A stretch of DNA of 64,000 nt, taken from NCBI GenBank assembly GCA_965649765.1, contig OZ287753.1, positions 69,254,001 through 69,318,000 on the forward strand, in the 5' to 3' direction. Shown one piece after another: positions 61,562 through 64,000 of the stretch. Below the pieces are notes generated by a model, which worked only from the letters and a program-made list of their open reading frames with translations, did not search any database and was not told the DNA's origin. The number at the start of each line of letters is the position of its first letter. The stretch's first letter is position 1. The stretch is from Bispira polyomma (lineage: Eukaryota). Both the position numbers and the translations under genes were made by a program.

Positions 61562-64000
61562 TAATTTAGGTTTAAAAATCTAGGCTGCACAAAAAAATAA
61601 GTCAAATAATGGAGTTATTAGATGTTATTGATGTTTGGAGAGTAAAACATCCTAATACTAATCGATTCACTCATAGAGAAAAAACACGATTTAGATTAAA
61701 ACAGTCAAGAATTGACTATTTTTTAATATCACATGGTATGGAATATGGTACAAAAACAGTAGATATTCTACCCAGCGTTAGATCAGATCACAGTTTACTG
61801 GCAATTACTTTGCATTAGAAAAGGACCAAAAACAGGGAGAGGTTTATAGAAATTAAATGTTAGCTTATTAGATGATAAAGACTATGTCACACATATAAAA
61901 GCAGCAATAAAAGATGCTATATTAGATGCTACAAACTTGATAGATAAATATAAAACCTGGGACTTTATCAAATGTAAAATTAGAACAGAATCAATAACCT
62001 TTTTAATTAATAAAAGCAAAAAAAAAAAAAAAAAAAAAACTCAAATGTGAAAGATTAAATAACAGATTGTCTAATTTAGAAGAACAAATTTGTTGCAATC
62101 CCACTGCAGATTGCATTGGAGAACATAATAATATTAAAAAACAGTGAGGGGATTTATACACTGAAAAAGCATATGGCTCTTTAATCAGGTCCAGGTGTAA
62201 ACTGTTAGAAGAATTTGAAAAGCCACTAAATATTTTTTGACTTTAGAGAAAGCTAATCATAAGGTCAAACATATTCGTACTTTATTGCATAATGGGAAAA
62301 GATTTAGCAACCCAGATGAAATACTTGAGATTCAACATAATTATTTCTCAAAAATATATTCTAAACCGAACACAACCACCTTCGAACAAGATATGATGTG
62401 AATATACCAAAAGATCATAGTAAGGAAATTTGTGAAAATGCTATAAGTTAGAAGAAGTACAAAAAAAGCCACTAATTGTCTAGGCAATAATAAAACGCCT
62501 GGAACTGATGGCATCCCATGTGAATTCTACAAAACTTTCTGGACTGAAATAGGTAGCCAGGTCTATGATAGTTTCAAAAAGGCTCTGGAAAAGTGTGAAC
62601 TGTCAGATAGCCAAAAACAAGGTGTCATTAATGTTATACCAAAAAAAAGAAAAGATTTGACTGATTTAAAAACCTGGCGCCCTCTTTCAATTTTAAATAC
62701 TGACTATAAAATTTTAGCTAAGGTACTAAGCAATAACATTAAAAGAAATTATTAGCCCAGATCAGGTGGGATATAAGGCGAATAGGTATTGTGGTAAAAA
62801 TATAAGACTGATTTCTGATATAATAGATTATTGCCTTTATCACAAAACCTCTTGTGTAATTCTTCTTGCTGACTTTGATAAAGCTTTGACACAGATAATG
62901 GGCATTGTTGAGTAAAATAGTGAAACACTATGGTTTTTTAGGTTAATTTTGAAAAATGGTTGTCAATCTTATACAAAAATTCAGAAAGTTGTGTCACTTA
63001 TAATGGTTATTTATCATCATATTTTAAGTTATCTAGAGGAATTAGACAGGGTTGTCCAATTAGTGCTTTGCTATTTTTTTAGTGGCTGAAATTATTGCAA
63101 TTATACTAAGAGAGTCAAATAGAGTTAAAGGTATATGTATAAATGAAACTCCTATAAAACTTTGCCAATTAGCAGATGATATGACCTTATATAAGTATAG
63201 AATCAATAAAAGTTACAAATTAACTATTTGAAGAGTTCTACCAATATGCAGGTTTAAAGTTAAATAAAGGAAAGACTGAATCATTCCTTATTGACGGTGA
63301 GAACCCATCTTTGTTCGGAGATACCCAGTATCACCTGGACAATGAAACCTTTTAAAACATCAGGAACATGGTTTTTCACAGATCTGAATGTAGCGTCTCG
63401 TTTAAACTTTACTGAAAAAATAAACACAATTCAGGCTATTCTAAAATCTTGGCAGCCGCGATGCCTCACCTCGAAAGGTAAAGTAACTGTTCCTTAAGTA
63501 CTTAGTTGTTCCTTATATCCTGCAGTTAGCGTCGGTTTTTCCTTTCAGTCGTAATGTACTTTCAGAACTAGACTCAATGTTTTTTTTAAATTTCATATGA
63601 AGTAACAAGAAGCACTAAATTTCAAAAAATGTTCTGGTGCAAGCTCCAGAATTGGGTGGGTTAAAAATGATAGCTATCAAGTTTATAGTGGAGTCTGCTA
63701 AAGTTATGTGGATAAAACGATTGTGTAATATTATTAATGAAAAGTAAAAAGTCTTGGCCATAAATTTGATGGGTATCGATAAAAGTAAAATATTAAAAAA
63801 GCAATTGTTTCAAAATGTCAGACATAATGTGAAATCTAGCTTTTATATCGACTTGTTGTCTATTTGGTTTGACTTTCTGGTTACTAAGGTCAGAAGTGTA
63901 CATGATCTTCTTGATGAAAATCCTATATTTCTTATTTCTTCTTATAGAAAAACAATAAGTGAAAATTATAACAAATGGAAAGATTCCGGTATAATTAAAG
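61562..64000 (+). mobile_element. L1-A third copy (degraded ORF2, runs off window)
   Basis: DVWRVKHP...SRIDYFLIS...SDH; near-identical to 14120-16565 with shared disruptions. Confidence 0.93.

Larger units (their letters stand above)
58896..64000 (+). repeat. Third copy (direct orientation relative to the right arm) of the GT8-5'/MITE/L1-A segment
   Basis: Colinear with 11455-~16565; ORFs 60989..61198, 61149..61334, 63291..63497 match 13545.., 13705.., 15863..; runs off the window. Confidence 0.95.

Overview
AT-rich animal genomic DNA (spliceosomal introns; an invertebrate, possibly a mollusc, by inference only) made almost entirely of decayed, nested mobile elements plus one intact host gene, an intronless GT8/GXYLT-like glycosyltransferase (57855-59009, minus strand). 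Architecture: (1) a ~17-kb fold-back palindrome (arms 2687-11004 and 11455-19762, 450-bp spacer, 4-bp TGCC junction microhomology) duplicating a GT8 5' fragment, a Harbinger MITE, an L1 and part of a PIF/Harbinger transposon, with a third direct copy from ~58896 to the window end; (2) a degraded tyrosine-recombinase (DIRS/Ngaro-like) retrotransposon (~22400-25400); (3) a three-level nest: an L1 (26920-32735, resuming at 49227) interrupted by a Maverick/Polinton (32736-49220; AGTAGT...ACTACT ends, TATATT 6-bp TSD), which is itself interrupted by another L1 (45807-48826, 10-bp TSD); (4) a near full-length L1 (~50420-56345, minus strand). Most interesting signal: two divergent L1 families both carry an ORF1p with a C-terminal NADAR (YbiA-like) domain, and the Maverick has a NADAR-like half-domain abutting or inserted in its protein-primed PolB. 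This suggests repeated recruitment of a putative ADP-ribose-removing enzyme by unrelated mobile elements in this host. All assignments are from motif recognition by eye; no searches were run.
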